Shown here in pieces: positions 1 to 9,773 of a stretch of DNA of 64,000 bases; positions within the stretch are counted from its first letter, which is position 1; each line of letters opens with the position of its first letter. Where the stretch lies: positions 23,481 through 87,480 of the forward strand of contig CBFHKC010000006.1 of NCBI GenBank assembly GCA_965656315.1, given 5' to 3'. Source of the DNA: an uncultured Schleiferiaceae bacterium (GTDB taxonomy: Bacteria > Bacteroidota > Bacteroidia > Flavobacteriales > Schleiferiaceae). A program made the position numbers and the translations under genes. The notes below the pieces were generated by a model. The model worked only from the letters and a program-made list of their open reading frames with translations, was not told where the DNA came from and searched no databases.

Positions 1-477
1 CGTTCAGCGCTCGAGGCGTTCACTGCAGAAAGTCGATTAGATCGTGCCCAATGGGGTGTGGACGAATGTTATCTAGAGCTCGGTAAATATGCGGACCAGC
101 TTGAGCGGTATTTTAACCACTTTGAGCGCAGCCAGGTGTTGGTGCTGTTTCACGAAGATTTAAAACACCAACCGAACCAAGTTCTTGAACGAGTGGCATC
201 ATTTTTAGAATTGGCACCATTTGCCGAGGGAATATCTCAAGAGCAGAATAAAGCTGAGGTTCCTAGATCTAAGGCCAGTGCTGCTCTAGCCGGCGCTCTC
301 AAAGGGAGTATTCGAAATAACATACCCCCAGCAGTCAAGCGTTTGGGCAAGCGAATGCTGTTTGGCACCCCAGATTCACTAGATGGCGATGCCCGCTCGT
401 TATTAGTTCATTACTTTGCAGCAGAAAATAAAAAGCTCGAAAGGCTTTTAGATATAGATTTAAATCACTGGAAATAA
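1..477 (+). CDS. sulfotransferase family protein, 5'-truncated by the window edge
   Basis: Frame 1 is open from nt 1, so the listed GTG at 58 is internal. The block YADQLERYFNHFERSQVLVLFHEDLKHQPNQVLERVASFLEL resembles the conserved C-terminal part of Sulfotransfer-type enzymes. Confidence 0.65.
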   Translation, partial: RSALEAFTAESRLDRAQWGVDECYLELGKYADQLERYFNHFERSQVLVLFHEDLKHQPNQVLERVASFLELAPFAEGISQEQNKAEVPRSKASAALAGALKGSIRNNIPPAVKRLGKRMLFGTPDSLDGDARSLLVHYFAAENKKLERLLDIDLNHWK

Positions 478-484
478 ATTAGAT

Positions 485-1492
485 ATGGAATACAGTAGTG
501 CAAATTTGATTGCGTTTTTCTATAAAAATTGGAAGCAATTAGTCGTCATCCCATTCATCGCAATGGTTATTGCTGTTGCGTTTAGCGGACCGACGTTTAT
601 CAAGCCTCTTTTCGAGGCGCAGGTTATTCTCTTTCCTTCCACCACCAATTCTGTATCCAAAGCCCTGCTTCCGCAGCAAAATGGCTACGGCGATCAGGAT
701 ATCTTGGAATTCGGAGATGAGCAGCAGGCAGAACAACTTCTCCAAATCCTAAACTCCGGCGAGATCCGCGACTCTGTGATTAAGAAGTTCGATCTAATGA
801 ACCACTATGAGATCGACGAAGACACAAAATATAAGCGCACGAAGCTCTTTAAGGAATACGCTTCTAAAATTGAGTACGCCCGTACCCAATTCATGTCTGT
901 TGAAATCAATGTCCTAGATACCGATCCGCAAACCGCAGCCGATATTGCAAACTACATCTCTTACCTTGTTGACCAAGTAAAACGCCGTGTTCAAAAGAGC
1001 CGTGCTCAGATCGGTCTAGACATTGTACGTTCTGAATACCACAACCTTCAAGCTGAGATACAGCTTATGGAAAACAAAATCACAGAGCTGCGCTACAAAG
1101 GAGTACATGATTACGAAAGCCAAAGTGCGGTATTTAACGAACAATATGCCATCGCCATCGCTGAAAGTGCTAAGCAAAGCGTGATCAAACAACTCGAACG
1201 TCGTTTAGATACCCTTGCGAAGTACGGTGGTAAATATGTAGCCATTCGCGACGAGCTTCAGCTCCTCAAAGAAGAAGAAGTAAAGCTGCGTACTAAATTT
1301 GACCAAGCGAAAGTGGATGTCAACCAAGTTCTTCCCGCCACCTTTAAAGTAGACGAAGCCTTCGCCGCTGAACGCAAAACGTATCCAAAACGCAGCGTAC
1401 TCATCCTCGCAGTAGGTCTTGCTACGTTCATTTTTGTCGTCTTTGTACTACTCGTTCGAGGAACAGTATTAGAGTTGCGTCAAAAAGCATAA
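485..1492 (+). CDS. polysaccharide chain-length determinant (Wzz / polysaccharide co-polymerase-like) protein
   Basis: It has the PCP topology: an N-terminal TM (VVIPFIAMVIAVAFSGPTFI), a long coiled-coil-like soluble region and a C-terminal TM (VLILAVGLATFIFVVFVLLV). There is no kinase domain. It sits in a polysaccharide-locus context. Confidence 0.6.
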   Translation: MEYSSANLIAFFYKNWKQLVVIPFIAMVIAVAFSGPTFIKPLFEAQVILFPSTTNSVSKALLPQQNGYGDQDILEFGDEQQAEQLLQILNSGEIRDSVIKKFDLMNHYEIDEDTKYKRTKLFKEYASKIEYARTQFMSVEINVLDTDPQTAADIANYISYLVDQVKRRVQKSRAQIGLDIVRSEYHNLQAEIQLMENKITELRYKGVHDYESQSAVFNEQYAIAIAESAKQSVIKQLERRLDTLAKYGGKYVAIRDELQLLKEEEVKLRTKFDQAKVDVNQVLPATFKVDEAFAAERKTYPKRSVLILAVGLATFIFVVFVLLVRGTVLELRQKA

Positions 1493-1495
1493 TAC

Positions 1496-2929
1496 GTGAT
1501 TCTTGCATCCAGTTTTAGTCGAAAAGCGCTACTCTATCTCGGAGTATTCCTTTTACCCTTGATCGCACTTATTGTTGCGAACGAGTGGTGGGAGGCCTTG
1601 TTCATTCCGGTAGGTCTGCTTACTGTTTGGCTCACGATGTACCGACTAGACTGGGCGATGTGGCTTATAGTTTTCGCCACTCCAATAAGTGTGACGCTGA
1701 CTGATCTCACCGGTGGCTCTGGTTTGTCTCTGCCCACGGAACCCTTATTAGTGCTTGTCACCGCCATTACTTTAGTCAAATTCTTCTTCTTTGAAGAGTA
1801 CGATAAGCGTCTGATCACACATCCTATATCGATAGCGATATACGTCTATCTGGCATGGATGTTACTCACAGTAGTCACCTCACAGCTCCCGCTAGTTTCC
1901 TTAAAGCAATGGATCACTCGAGTTTGGTTTATCGTTCCCTACTATTTCGTGCTGGGCCATCTCTTCTTGAAAAACCCTCGGAATCGAATCGTGTTCCTTT
2001 GGCTCTTTTTAATTCCCCTGATCATCGCATGTATCTATACTATCGTGGTGCACAGTCAATATGGTTTTACGAAAAAGACGTCTACATGGGTCATGTTCCC
2101 ACTGTTCAAGGAACATACTTCTTATGGGGCGGTATTGGCCATGTTTTATCCTGCTGCTCTTTTCTTAGCCTTCCGTAAATCCTCATGGGGCTTTAATGCA
2201 ATCGCTATGTTTTTACTGGCGATCTTAACCGTAGCTACCGTACTTAGTTATACCCGTGCAGCCTGGTTGTCTTTAGTCGGGGCAGGAGCAGTATACATGA
2301 TTTATGCATTAAAGCTTTCAAGAACGGCTGTGTGGTCCTTAATAGGTGTCGTACTGATTATTGCCGCGTTGAACTTTGATATGATTAGTGCCAAGTTTGA
2401 GCGCAACAGGACGGATTCTTCTGATGATTTTAATGAACATGTCGCTTCTGTAACGAATGTGAGCACGGATGCTTCGAACCTCGAACGCATTAACCGTTGG
2501 ATGTGTGCGATTCGTATGTATCAGGATCGACCGATTTTAGGTCACGGCCCAGGTACCTACATGTTCCTCTACGCGCCCTACCAAAAGCCCAGTGAAAAAA
2601 CCATCATCTCTACCAACGCTGGAAACAGAGGTAATGCACACAGTGAATACCTCAGCCCGCTTGCGGAGTCCGGCACGTTAGGTTTGCTCACTTTTTTAGG
2701 AATCCTCCTTACCGTGGTTACCACCTCGATAAGAGCCTACCAGCGTCTCAAGGATTCGCGTTCCAAAGGATTACTCCGAACTGCATTCTTAGGTTTAATC
2801 ACTTACTACCTGCATGGTTTTCTGAATAATTTCCTCGATATGGATAAGGCAAGCGCTCCTTTTTGGGGATTTACGGCGCTTATCGCAGTCCTATCACTGT
2901 CTCAAAATGAGACTTCTAGCTCCAAGTAG
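1496..2929 (+). CDS. O-antigen ligase / polymerase family (Wzy_C-like) polytopic membrane protein
   Basis: The protein has about 10-12 hydrophobic segments. The block YTRAAWLSLVGAGAV followed by a large loop is typical of the O-antigen ligase family. The GTG start lies 4 nt after the upstream stop. Confidence 0.6.
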   Translation: MILASSFSRKALLYLGVFLLPLIALIVANEWWEALFIPVGLLTVWLTMYRLDWAMWLIVFATPISVTLTDLTGGSGLSLPTEPLLVLVTAITLVKFFFFEEYDKRLITHPISIAIYVYLAWMLLTVVTSQLPLVSLKQWITRVWFIVPYYFVLGHLFLKNPRNRIVFLWLFLIPLIIACIYTIVVHSQYGFTKKTSTWVMFPLFKEHTSYGAVLAMFYPAALFLAFRKSSWGFNAIAMFLLAILTVATVLSYTRAAWLSLVGAGAVYMIYALKLSRTAVWSLIGVVLIIAALNFDMISAKFERNRTDSSDDFNEHVASVTNVSTDASNLERINRWMCAIRMYQDRPILGHGPGTYMFLYAPYQKPSEKTIISTNAGNRGNAHSEYLSPLAESGTLGLLTFLGILLTVVTTSIRAYQRLKDSRSKGLLRTAFLGLITYYLHGFLNNFLDMDKASAPFWGFTALIAVLSLSQNETSSSK

Positions 2930-3208
2930 CGATTCATTTGCCTAATAGTGCAAGTCTTTTTCATTTCTTTTCGTTCGTCTTTCTTGTTAGCATTAATGGG
3001 CGTTTTTACCCCTTTATAGAGATCTATTACACTTGGAATTGAAGCATTTAACTTTCTTGCGAATACTTGTGTAAAACAGACACTTTATTAGCAGCATGAG
3101 AATATTTATATGCATTAGGTGCAAATAATTCAATACACACTTGCATTTGAACTCAAGAAGGTGGATTTTAGCATCGCTTAACATACGTTTAACACAAAAA
3201 CAGGTACA

Positions 3209-6200
3209 ATGAAAAACAAATTGTCACTGTGGTCAGTACTCATCTTTGTACTCTCTGTAAACTTTGCCATTGCGCAGTCAGTTTCAGGGGTAGTAAGTGA
3301 TGCTGCTTCAGGAGAACCACTACCAGGGGTAGCGGTTGCGAAGAAGGGAACCAACAATGCAGAACTCACAGATTTTGATGGTAAGTTTACCATCACAGCT
3401 GAGAAGGGTTCAACATTGGTATTCTCTTCTATGGGTATGGAAACGAAAGAAGTTGCAGTAACTTCTGATTTCCTACAAGTTTCTTTAAAGTCTGCTTCAA
3501 GTCAACTTGACGAAGTAGTTGTAACAGCTCTTGGTATTTCTCGTGAGAAGAAATCTTTGGGTTATGCAACTCAGGAAGTTGATGGTGCGGCAGTTACAAC
3601 TGTTAAAGACGCCAACTTTGTCAACTCTTTGAGTGGTAAAGTAGCGGGTGTGAATATTCAGAGCTCTGGTACGCTAGGTGGTTCTTCGAATATCGTAATC
3701 CGTGGTTTCAAATCTTTGACAGGTAACAACCAAGCATTATTCGTTGTGGATGGTGTGCCAATCTCTAACTCAACTGGTAACAGCTCAAATGTTGCTTCTG
3801 GTCGTGGTGGATATGATTACGGTAACGCTGCAATGGATATCAACCCAGAAGATATTGAGAACATCTCGGTATTGAAAGGTGCGGCTGCTACTGCGTTGTA
3901 CGGTTCACGTGCAGCAAACGGTGTGGTTCTTGTTACTACGAAAAGCGGAAAAGTTTCTGGTGGTAAGAAGACTCTAGGTATCACTGCCTCTACGGGTATT
4001 ACAGTAGGTACTGTGAACGCTAACACGTTCGTTCGTCACCAAAACCAGTACGGTCCTGGTTACGGTCGTTACTACGGTGGTAACTACATTACTACAGCTC
4101 CAGGCGATTCTACTTTCACTGACGGTCGTGCGCAAGCAGTTGACGTTAACGGTGATGGAAATGATGACATCGCTCTTCCTATGGGTGAGGATGCTTCTTG
4201 GGGTCTACAAGTAGATCCTTCATTGAATGTATACGATTGGGAATCAATCTTCCCTGAATTGCCTACTTACGGTCAGCCTAAGAGCCACGTTGCTCCTGAA
4301 AATGGTGCAATGAGCTTCTGGCAGCAGAGCATCACTCGCAACAATAACTTTGCTATTGATGGTGGTGGTGAGAACTCTTCGTTCCGTCTTTCTGCTACGA
4401 ACTTCAACCAAACTGGTATTGTTCCAGGATCGAACATCGGTCGTGATAACGTATCGTTCAGTGGAAAATTCAATGCTTCAGACAAACTAACAGTTAGCGC
4501 TAAAGCAAACTACGTGAAGCAAAGCGGTAAGGGTCGTTACGGTACTGGTTACGATGCTCGTAACCCAAACCAGTCGTTCCGTCAGTGGTACAACGTTCTA
4601 ACCGACATGAGCGCTCAGAAAGATGCGTACATGAACTACGGTCAGAAAAACTACTCTTGGAATGCATACGGTTACGGTGCGGCTAACCCTACCAAACCAC
4701 ACTACTTTGATAACTTCTACTTCTCAGCTCTAGAGAACTTCTCTACAGATACTCGTAACCGTTTGATCGGTAACATTATGGCTGAGTACCAGATCAACGA
4801 TTGGTTAAAACTAACGGGTCGTATGTCTGCAGATACTTACTCTGAACTACGTGAAGAGCGTATCGCAGTAGGTTCTGTTGATGTAAGTAAGTACACACGC
4901 AACAACCGTTCATTCACTGAGCGCAACAATGACTTGTACTTGAACTGGAACAAATACTTCGGTAACGAAGGTGAGATTAGCTTCGCAGGGGTTGTAGGTT
5001 ACAACCAGCGTCGTACAGAATTCCAGTCTATTTCTGCCGGTACAAATGGTGGTTTGGTAGTTCCAGGTATTTATGCCTTGAGCAACTCTGTTGCAGCTCC
5101 AGCTGCACCAGGCGAATCAGCGTACCAGTTAGGTGTTGACGGTGTTTACGGTCAAGCATCTTTTGGTTACAAGAACTTCATGTATGTAGATCTTACTGCA
5201 CGTCGTGACGTTAGTTCAACGCTTCCAGCAGGAAACAACTCGTTCTTCTACCCATCAGCTACGTTGAGCTTCATCTTCTCTGAATTTGTTGACGTTGACG
5301 GATTTGACTTTGGTAAAGTTCGTTTGAACTGGGCTAACGTAGGTTCTGATGCTCCTGCTCAGGCACTTACTGACGTTTATGGTATCGGTACCCCATTTAA
5401 TGGTGTGACTCTTGCTTCTGCGCCTTCTACACAGAACAACTCAAGCTTACTTCCTGAGAACACGTCTTCTATCGAAGCTGGTCTTGAGATGAAGTTCTTG
5501 AAGAACCGTGCTGGTTTTGACTTTAGTGTTTACCAAAGCTCGACGTTCAACCAAATTTTGCCTGCTCAGGTTTCGACTTCAACAGGTACGTACTACAAGT
5601 ATGTCAACGCTGGTCAGATCGACAACAACGGTATCGAGCTTAGCGCATACTTTACTCCAGTTCAAACGGATGATTTCTCTTGGGACATCAACGTAAACTG
5701 GTCTAGAAACCGTAACAAAGTAGTTGAACTCTTCGGAGATTCCCAAACGCTTCTTTTGGCTTCTGTTCAAGGTGGTGTAAATATTACTGCACGTGTAGGC
5801 GAAGCTTACGGTACTCTAGAAGGTACTTCTTTCGTACGTGACGGTGCTTCAGGTGCTCCTTTGGTATACGATTGGACTAACTCACGCGGTGGTGCTCGTT
5901 ACCACGTAGGTGATGTAGGTGTTATCGGTAACATCCAGGCGGACTGGAGAGGTGGTGTGAACAACGCATTCTCTTACAAAAACGTTACATTATCTGCTTT
6001 GATCGACATGCAAATGGGTGGAGACTTCTTCTCTCTAGATACATGGTACGGTTACGGAACAGGTGTGTATGACTTCAGTGCAGGTACGAACGCTGACGGA
6101 AACCCAATCCGCTCTAACATCGAAGATGGTGGTGGTTTATCATGGGATGAGGTTGCTCACTTAGGTATCGAAACTCCTATGCAGTGGGACGGTGTAACTG

Positions 6201-6559
6201 TGGATGCTGACGGCAACCCAGTAGGTACTGAGAATACTACGAAAATGTGGATGAACGATTACGGTAACGCATTAGGTTGGGCATTAGGTGGTCCAAACGA
6301 ATTGCACGTATACGATGCATCATTCGTGAAACTAAGAGAAGTTGCTTTGACTTACCGCGTACCTACAAGTGCTTTGGCTGATTTGCCAATCGCAGGTGTA
6401 GATGTAAGCTTGATCGGTCGCAACCTTGCTATCCTTTACAAGAACACGCCATACTCTGATCCAGAGGCAGGTCTTTCTGCAGGTAATGTTCAAGGATACC
6501 AGTCAGGTGCTTACCCATCATTGCGTGAAGTTGGTGTGAACTTGAGAGTTAAATTCTAA
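3209..6559 (+). CDS. SusC/RagA-family TonB-dependent outer-membrane transporter
   Basis: It has a signal peptide and an N-terminal carboxypeptidase-regulatory-like domain (SGVVSDAASGEPLPGVAVAKKGT..DFDGKFTI). A TonB-box-like LDEVVVTALG and the plug motif SRAANGVVLVTTKSG follow. The product is 1116 aa, ends in an aromatic residue, and is followed by a SusD-like gene. Confidence 0.9.
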   Translation: MKNKLSLWSVLIFVLSVNFAIAQSVSGVVSDAASGEPLPGVAVAKKGTNNAELTDFDGKFTITAEKGSTLVFSSMGMETKEVAVTSDFLQVSLKSASSQLDEVVVTALGISREKKSLGYATQEVDGAAVTTVKDANFVNSLSGKVAGVNIQSSGTLGGSSNIVIRGFKSLTGNNQALFVVDGVPISNSTGNSSNVASGRGGYDYGNAAMDINPEDIENISVLKGAAATALYGSRAANGVVLVTTKSGKVSGGKKTLGITASTGITVGTVNANTFVRHQNQYGPGYGRYYGGNYITTAPGDSTFTDGRAQAVDVNGDGNDDIALPMGEDASWGLQVDPSLNVYDWESIFPELPTYGQPKSHVAPENGAMSFWQQSITRNNNFAIDGGGENSSFRLSATNFNQTGIVPGSNIGRDNVSFSGKFNASDKLTVSAKANYVKQSGKGRYGTGYDARNPNQSFRQWYNVLTDMSAQKDAYMNYGQKNYSWNAYGYGAANPTKPHYFDNFYFSALENFSTDTRNRLIGNIMAEYQINDWLKLTGRMSADTYSELREERIAVGSVDVSKYTRNNRSFTERNNDLYLNWNKYFGNEGEISFAGVVGYNQRRTEFQSISAGTNGGLVVPGIYALSNSVAAPAAPGESAYQLGVDGVYGQASFGYKNFMYVDLTARRDVSSTLPAGNNSFFYPSATLSFIFSEFVDVDGFDFGKVRLNWANVGSDAPAQALTDVYGIGTPFNGVTLASAPSTQNNSSLLPENTSSIEAGLEMKFLKNRAGFDFSVYQSSTFNQILPAQVSTSTGTYYKYVNAGQIDNNGIELSAYFTPVQTDDFSWDINVNWSRNRNKVVELFGDSQTLLLASVQGGVNITARVGEAYGTLEGTSFVRDGASGAPLVYDWTNSRGGARYHVGDVGVIGNIQADWRGGVNNAFSYKNVTLSALIDMQMGGDFFSLDTWYGYGTGVYDFSAGTNADGNPIRSNIEDGGGLSWDEVAHLGIETPMQWDGVTVDADGNPVGTENTTKMWMNDYGNALGWALGGPNELHVYDASFVKLREVALTYRVPTSALADLPIAGVDVSLIGRNLAILYKNTPYSDPEAGLSAGNVQGYQSGAYPSLREVGVNLRVKF

Positions 6560-6571
6560 GAATTACGAGAA

Positions 6572-7981
6572 ATGAAAAAGTTATTATTCGCAGCTTCAGC
6601 TGCACTAGCCATCACTTCTTGTACTGGGGACCTTACCGATCTTAACGGTAACGGAAAGGCTCCTGAGAAAGTTCCAGCAGGCGCTCTATTTGCTAATGCA
6701 ACTATGGGCTACTACGACTACGTATCAGTACAGAACGTGAATCAAAACAACCTACGTTTGTGGTCTCAGCAATGGACGCAGACGACTTACGTAGATGAGT
6801 CCAACTTTGAGTTGACTGAACGTGACGTAAACGGTAGTACATACACTCGTATGTATACTACAGTTATTCGTGACTGTGAGGAAGCGCGTGCTGCTTTGGC
6901 AGACATCGTTGCTTCTGATGCAGAAATTCAGGCAGCAGATGCTTCTATCGAAGTAATGGAAGTTCTTGCTTACGGTTTCTTGGTAGATCTTTTCGGAGAT
7001 GTTCCTTACACTGAAGCTTTGACTGAAACAAACACTCCAGTATATGACGACGATGCAGCGATCTACATGGATCTACTTGCTCGTTTGGATGCTGCTACCG
7101 ACAAATTGAACGGTATGAGTGCATTCGGTAGCTCGGACATCATCTATGGTGGTGACGCAGCTGCATGGAAGAAAGCAGCCAACTCTTTGATGTTGCGTCT
7201 TGCGATCCGTATCATAGATGCAGATCCAGCAGCAGCGAAGACGTATGGTGAGAAAGCAATCGCAGGTGGTGTATTCGCTTCTACAGCGGACGACATGCGT
7301 TTGTTCTACTCTTCTGCTCCTCCTCACACGCACCCAATGTGGGAAACTCTAGTACAGAGTGGTCGTACAGATTTCATCGCTTCAGGTACATTAGCTGACG
7401 CAATGAATATGCACAACGATCCACGTCGTGCTGCGTTCTTCAAGAACTTAGGTGGTTCTGACTCTGTAATCGGTGCTCCGCACGGTCTTCAGTCTGACTA
7501 CTACCAGTTCTCTCAGCCAGGTGTAGCGCTAGAAGACCCAACATGGTCTCATGCTGCTATCGATTACGTAGAAGTTGAGTTCTTACTTGCGCATGCAGCT
7601 GTTGCTGGATGGGCTGGTGCAGGTGATGCTGCTACACACTATAACAATGCGGTTTCTGCATCTGTTATTGAGTGGGGTGGTGATCAAGCTGCTGCTGATG
7701 CATACTTGGCTCAAGCAGGTGTAACTTATGACGCTGCAACTGCTGCTGCTCAGATCGGTCTGCAAAAGTGGATTGCAATGTACAGCAACGCTCCTGAAGC
7801 TTACAATGCAGTTCGTCAGTACGATGTTCCTATGAACGTTGCTGCTGGTGCTGGTACTGTAACTCCAGACCGCTACTCGTACCCGATCGATGAGTACTCA
7901 TTGAACGAGGCGAACGTGAAGGCAGCTGCTTCTAAAGTAAATGACGATGATATGTTCACGAAGATTTTCTGGGACATGTAA
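6572..7981 (+). CDS. SusD/RagB-family nutrient-binding outer-membrane lipoprotein
   Basis: It has a lipoprotein signal (MKKLLFAASAALAITSC) and starts 12 nt after the SusC stop. Its size and TPR-like composition are typical of SusD-like proteins. Confidence 0.8.
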   Translation: MKKLLFAASAALAITSCTGDLTDLNGNGKAPEKVPAGALFANATMGYYDYVSVQNVNQNNLRLWSQQWTQTTYVDESNFELTERDVNGSTYTRMYTTVIRDCEEARAALADIVASDAEIQAADASIEVMEVLAYGFLVDLFGDVPYTEALTETNTPVYDDDAAIYMDLLARLDAATDKLNGMSAFGSSDIIYGGDAAAWKKAANSLMLRLAIRIIDADPAAAKTYGEKAIAGGVFASTADDMRLFYSSAPPHTHPMWETLVQSGRTDFIASGTLADAMNMHNDPRRAAFFKNLGGSDSVIGAPHGLQSDYYQFSQPGVALEDPTWSHAAIDYVEVEFLLAHAAVAGWAGAGDAATHYNNAVSASVIEWGGDQAAADAYLAQAGVTYDAATAAAQIGLQKWIAMYSNAPEAYNAVRQYDVPMNVAAGAGTVTPDRYSYPIDEYSLNEANVKAAASKVNDDDMFTKIFWDM

Positions 7982-8007
7982 TCAACGCTGTTTGATTAGA
8001 TAAAGAG

Positions 8008-8040
8008 CCGGCACCTTCTTTGAGGGTGCCGGTTTTTTTT
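8008..8040 (+). terminator. rho-independent terminator after the susC/susD pair
   Basis: A perfect 8-bp GC-rich stem CCGGCACC/GGTGCCGG has a 9-nt loop and is followed by T8. Confidence 0.8.
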
Positions 8041-8081
8041 GTGCCCAATTTTTGCCACCTTTAGGCTTGCAAACTGCCCGT

Positions 8082-8438
8082 ATGATGAATGATCTACTTC
8101 CAATTTTACAATCGCGTTTCGCTGAGCATTCATTTTCATCAGCGGATTTTGTGGCGGTTACAGAAATGAGTGAGGAAACACTGGAGGAATTGGTTACAGC
8201 AGGTTGGGTTGAGACGGAGGATGATCAGCGTTATTATCTTTCAAATGCAGCCTTGGAATATCAAGTAAAGCGCGTGAAGGAGGTAGAGGATACGTTGAGT
8301 CTAGGCGAGCTTGAGGGTCGAATTGTAGGTGCCTTAGAGCGCGGCAAGGAAGTGCCCTGGGGAAAGCTTGCAATAGCCATGTGGGCGTTCTTCATTTTCA
8401 TGGTGCTGTACAGTTTGGCGCAAGCTTATTTGGCCTAA
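8082..8438 (+). CDS. hypothetical protein with a single C-terminal TM anchor
   Basis: This is an ORF with ATG at 8082; the listed TTG at 8052 is less likely. It has an acidic N-terminal soluble part and a C-terminal hydrophobic segment AIAMWAFFIFMVLYSLAQAYL. I recognise no family. Confidence 0.45.
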   Translation: MMNDLLPILQSRFAEHSFSSADFVAVTEMSEETLEELVTAGWVETEDDQRYYLSNAALEYQVKRVKEVEDTLSLGELEGRIVGALERGKEVPWGKLAIAMWAFFIFMVLYSLAQAYLA

Positions 8439-8454
8439 GAAAATAGAGCGGCAC

Positions 8455-8488
8455 AAAAAAAGCCACCTCGTAACATCGAGATGGCTTT
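8455..8488. terminator. hairpin terminator between convergent genes, best suited to efp on the minus strand
   Basis: The stem AGCCACCTCG/CGAGATGGCT has 9 bp and 1 mismatch, with a 6-nt loop. It is flanked by A6 on the left, which reads as T6 on the minus strand, and TTT on the right. Confidence 0.7.
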
Positions 8489-8514
8489 AATCGTAGTGTG
8501 AGTTATGATGCGGC

Positions 8515-9078
8515 TTATTTCGCGCGCTCTTTGTAAGATCCGTCTTCAGTGTTGATGACAATCTCTTCATCTGTTTTAATGAACAAAGGAACTTGTACTT
8601 CAGCTCCACCTTCAACGGTTACCGTTTTCATAGCATTCGTAGAAGTGTTTCCTTTCACTGCAGGTTCTGCATACGTTACTTTTAGGTTAACCGTACGAGG
8701 AAGTTCTACAAGCATTGCTCTGTTTTCTGTCGCATGAAATAGAACAAAGCACATCATTCCGTCTACAAGGAATTGGGGAGCATTGATGAGCTCCTTGGCA
8801 AAGGTAAGTTGCTCGTAGTTCTCGGTATTCATGAAATGGTAATCCGTTCCGTCGTTGTAGAGGAACTGGTATTGACGAGTCTCAATATCGATGGTTTCGA
8901 TTTTTGCACCCGCTGGGAAAGTATTGTCAAGAACGCGACCGGTTTCAAGGTTTTTAATCTTCGTGCGAACGAAGGCTGCTCCTTTACCTGGTTTAACGTG
9001 TAAGAATTCGATGATTTGGAATGGTTGACCATTAAAATTGATACACATTCCGTTCTTGATATCAGAAGTACTTGCCAT
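8515..9078 (-). CDS. efp: translation elongation factor P
   Basis: MASTSDIKNGMCINFNGQPFQIIEFLHVKPGKGAAFVRTKIKNLETGRV is the canonical EF-P N-terminus. The start was trimmed to ATG 9078, giving about 187 aa, because the longer ORF runs into the promoter box. Confidence 0.9.
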   Translation of the reverse strand: MASTSDIKNGMCINFNGQPFQIIEFLHVKPGKGAAFVRTKIKNLETGRVLDNTFPAGAKIETIDIETRQYQFLYNDGTDYHFMNTENYEQLTFAKELINAPQFLVDGMMCFVLFHATENRAMLVELPRTVNLKVTYAEPAVKGNTSTNAMKTVTVEGGAEVQVPLFIKTDEEIVINTEDGSYKERAK

Positions 9079-9098
9079 AGCTCTTTTAAAATTTGACC

Positions 9099-9106
9099 CA
9101 AATATA
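9099..9106 (-). promoter_or_regulatory. Bacteroidetes-type -7 promoter box (TATATTTG) for efp
   Basis: The minus strand reads TATATTTG, a perfect match to the TAnnTTTG consensus, 20 nt upstream of the efp ATG. Confidence 0.5.
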
Positions 9107-9146
9107 GCGCAAAACAATGGCTTTAGGCGAAGGTCGGTAAAGTCGA

Positions 9147-9764
9147 CTAGTAGTGCTTATTCAGCTTGATTTCTTGAGTACAGAACTCGTATTCGTGCTG
9201 CACATAATTTGAGGCAACGAGAATGGTCTTATTTGATCGAAAGGTCTCGATGAGTTCTTTGTAGAAGACGATGCCAGCTTCATCTAAATTACTTGTAGGT
9301 TCATCCAAAAGAAGAATTGGACGGTGGTTTGCAATGGCGAGCAAAAGACGTACGCGCTGCTGCATTCCTGAAGAAAAGGTTGAAAGTCGCTTGTTGGTGT
9401 GTTGCTCTAATCCCGCTTTACGAAGCCAGGACCCTCGGTCGAAGTCTTCGGTGAACCCGCACATTTGATGGTGAAAGTCGAGAGTTTCCGTTAGTGTAAA
9501 CATGGGGTTTAGGGCCACGTAAGGTGCGGCTATGCCGCATAGTCTTCCGGCTTCTCTCGCCTCAATTGTTCTATTTTCGTACTGGTATAGGGGAGGGTTG
9601 TCTGTTGCCTCTAATGCGCCACTCAAGATTTTTACTAGGGTAGATTTTCCAGAGCCGTTAGCCCCGAGTACCACCGCTGCTGATCCTGGAGATAAGTCAA
9701 AGTTCACATCCCTGAGAATATGCTGCTTGTTGAATTTCTTCTGTAAACCCGAAACTGTAATCAT
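9147..9764 (-). CDS. ABC transporter ATP-binding protein with no adjacent permease
   Basis: It carries Walker A GANGSGKST, the signature FSSGMQQR and Walker B ILLLDEPTSNLD. It lies between lpxA and efp. Confidence 0.8.
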   Translation of the reverse strand: MITVSGLQKKFNKQHILRDVNFDLSPGSAAVVLGANGSGKSTLVKILSGALEATDNPPLYQYENRTIEAREAGRLCGIAAPYVALNPMFTLTETLDFHHQMCGFTEDFDRGSWLRKAGLEQHTNKRLSTFSSGMQQRVRLLLAIANHRPILLLDEPTSNLDEAGIVFYKELIETFRSNKTILVASNYVQHEYEFCTQEIKLNKHY

Positions 9765-9773
9765 CGCTGCGGC

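Noticed and set aside
2930-3208. The 279-bp untranslated region upstream of susC could hold a riboswitch or sRNA.
   Set aside because: It is AT-rich and I could find no convincing conserved-looking helices, no terminator-like hairpin and no exact TAnnTTTG box. Only trivial 7-10-codon ORFs are present. It is most simply a promoter/leader region, and I cannot call an RNA element from sequence alone.
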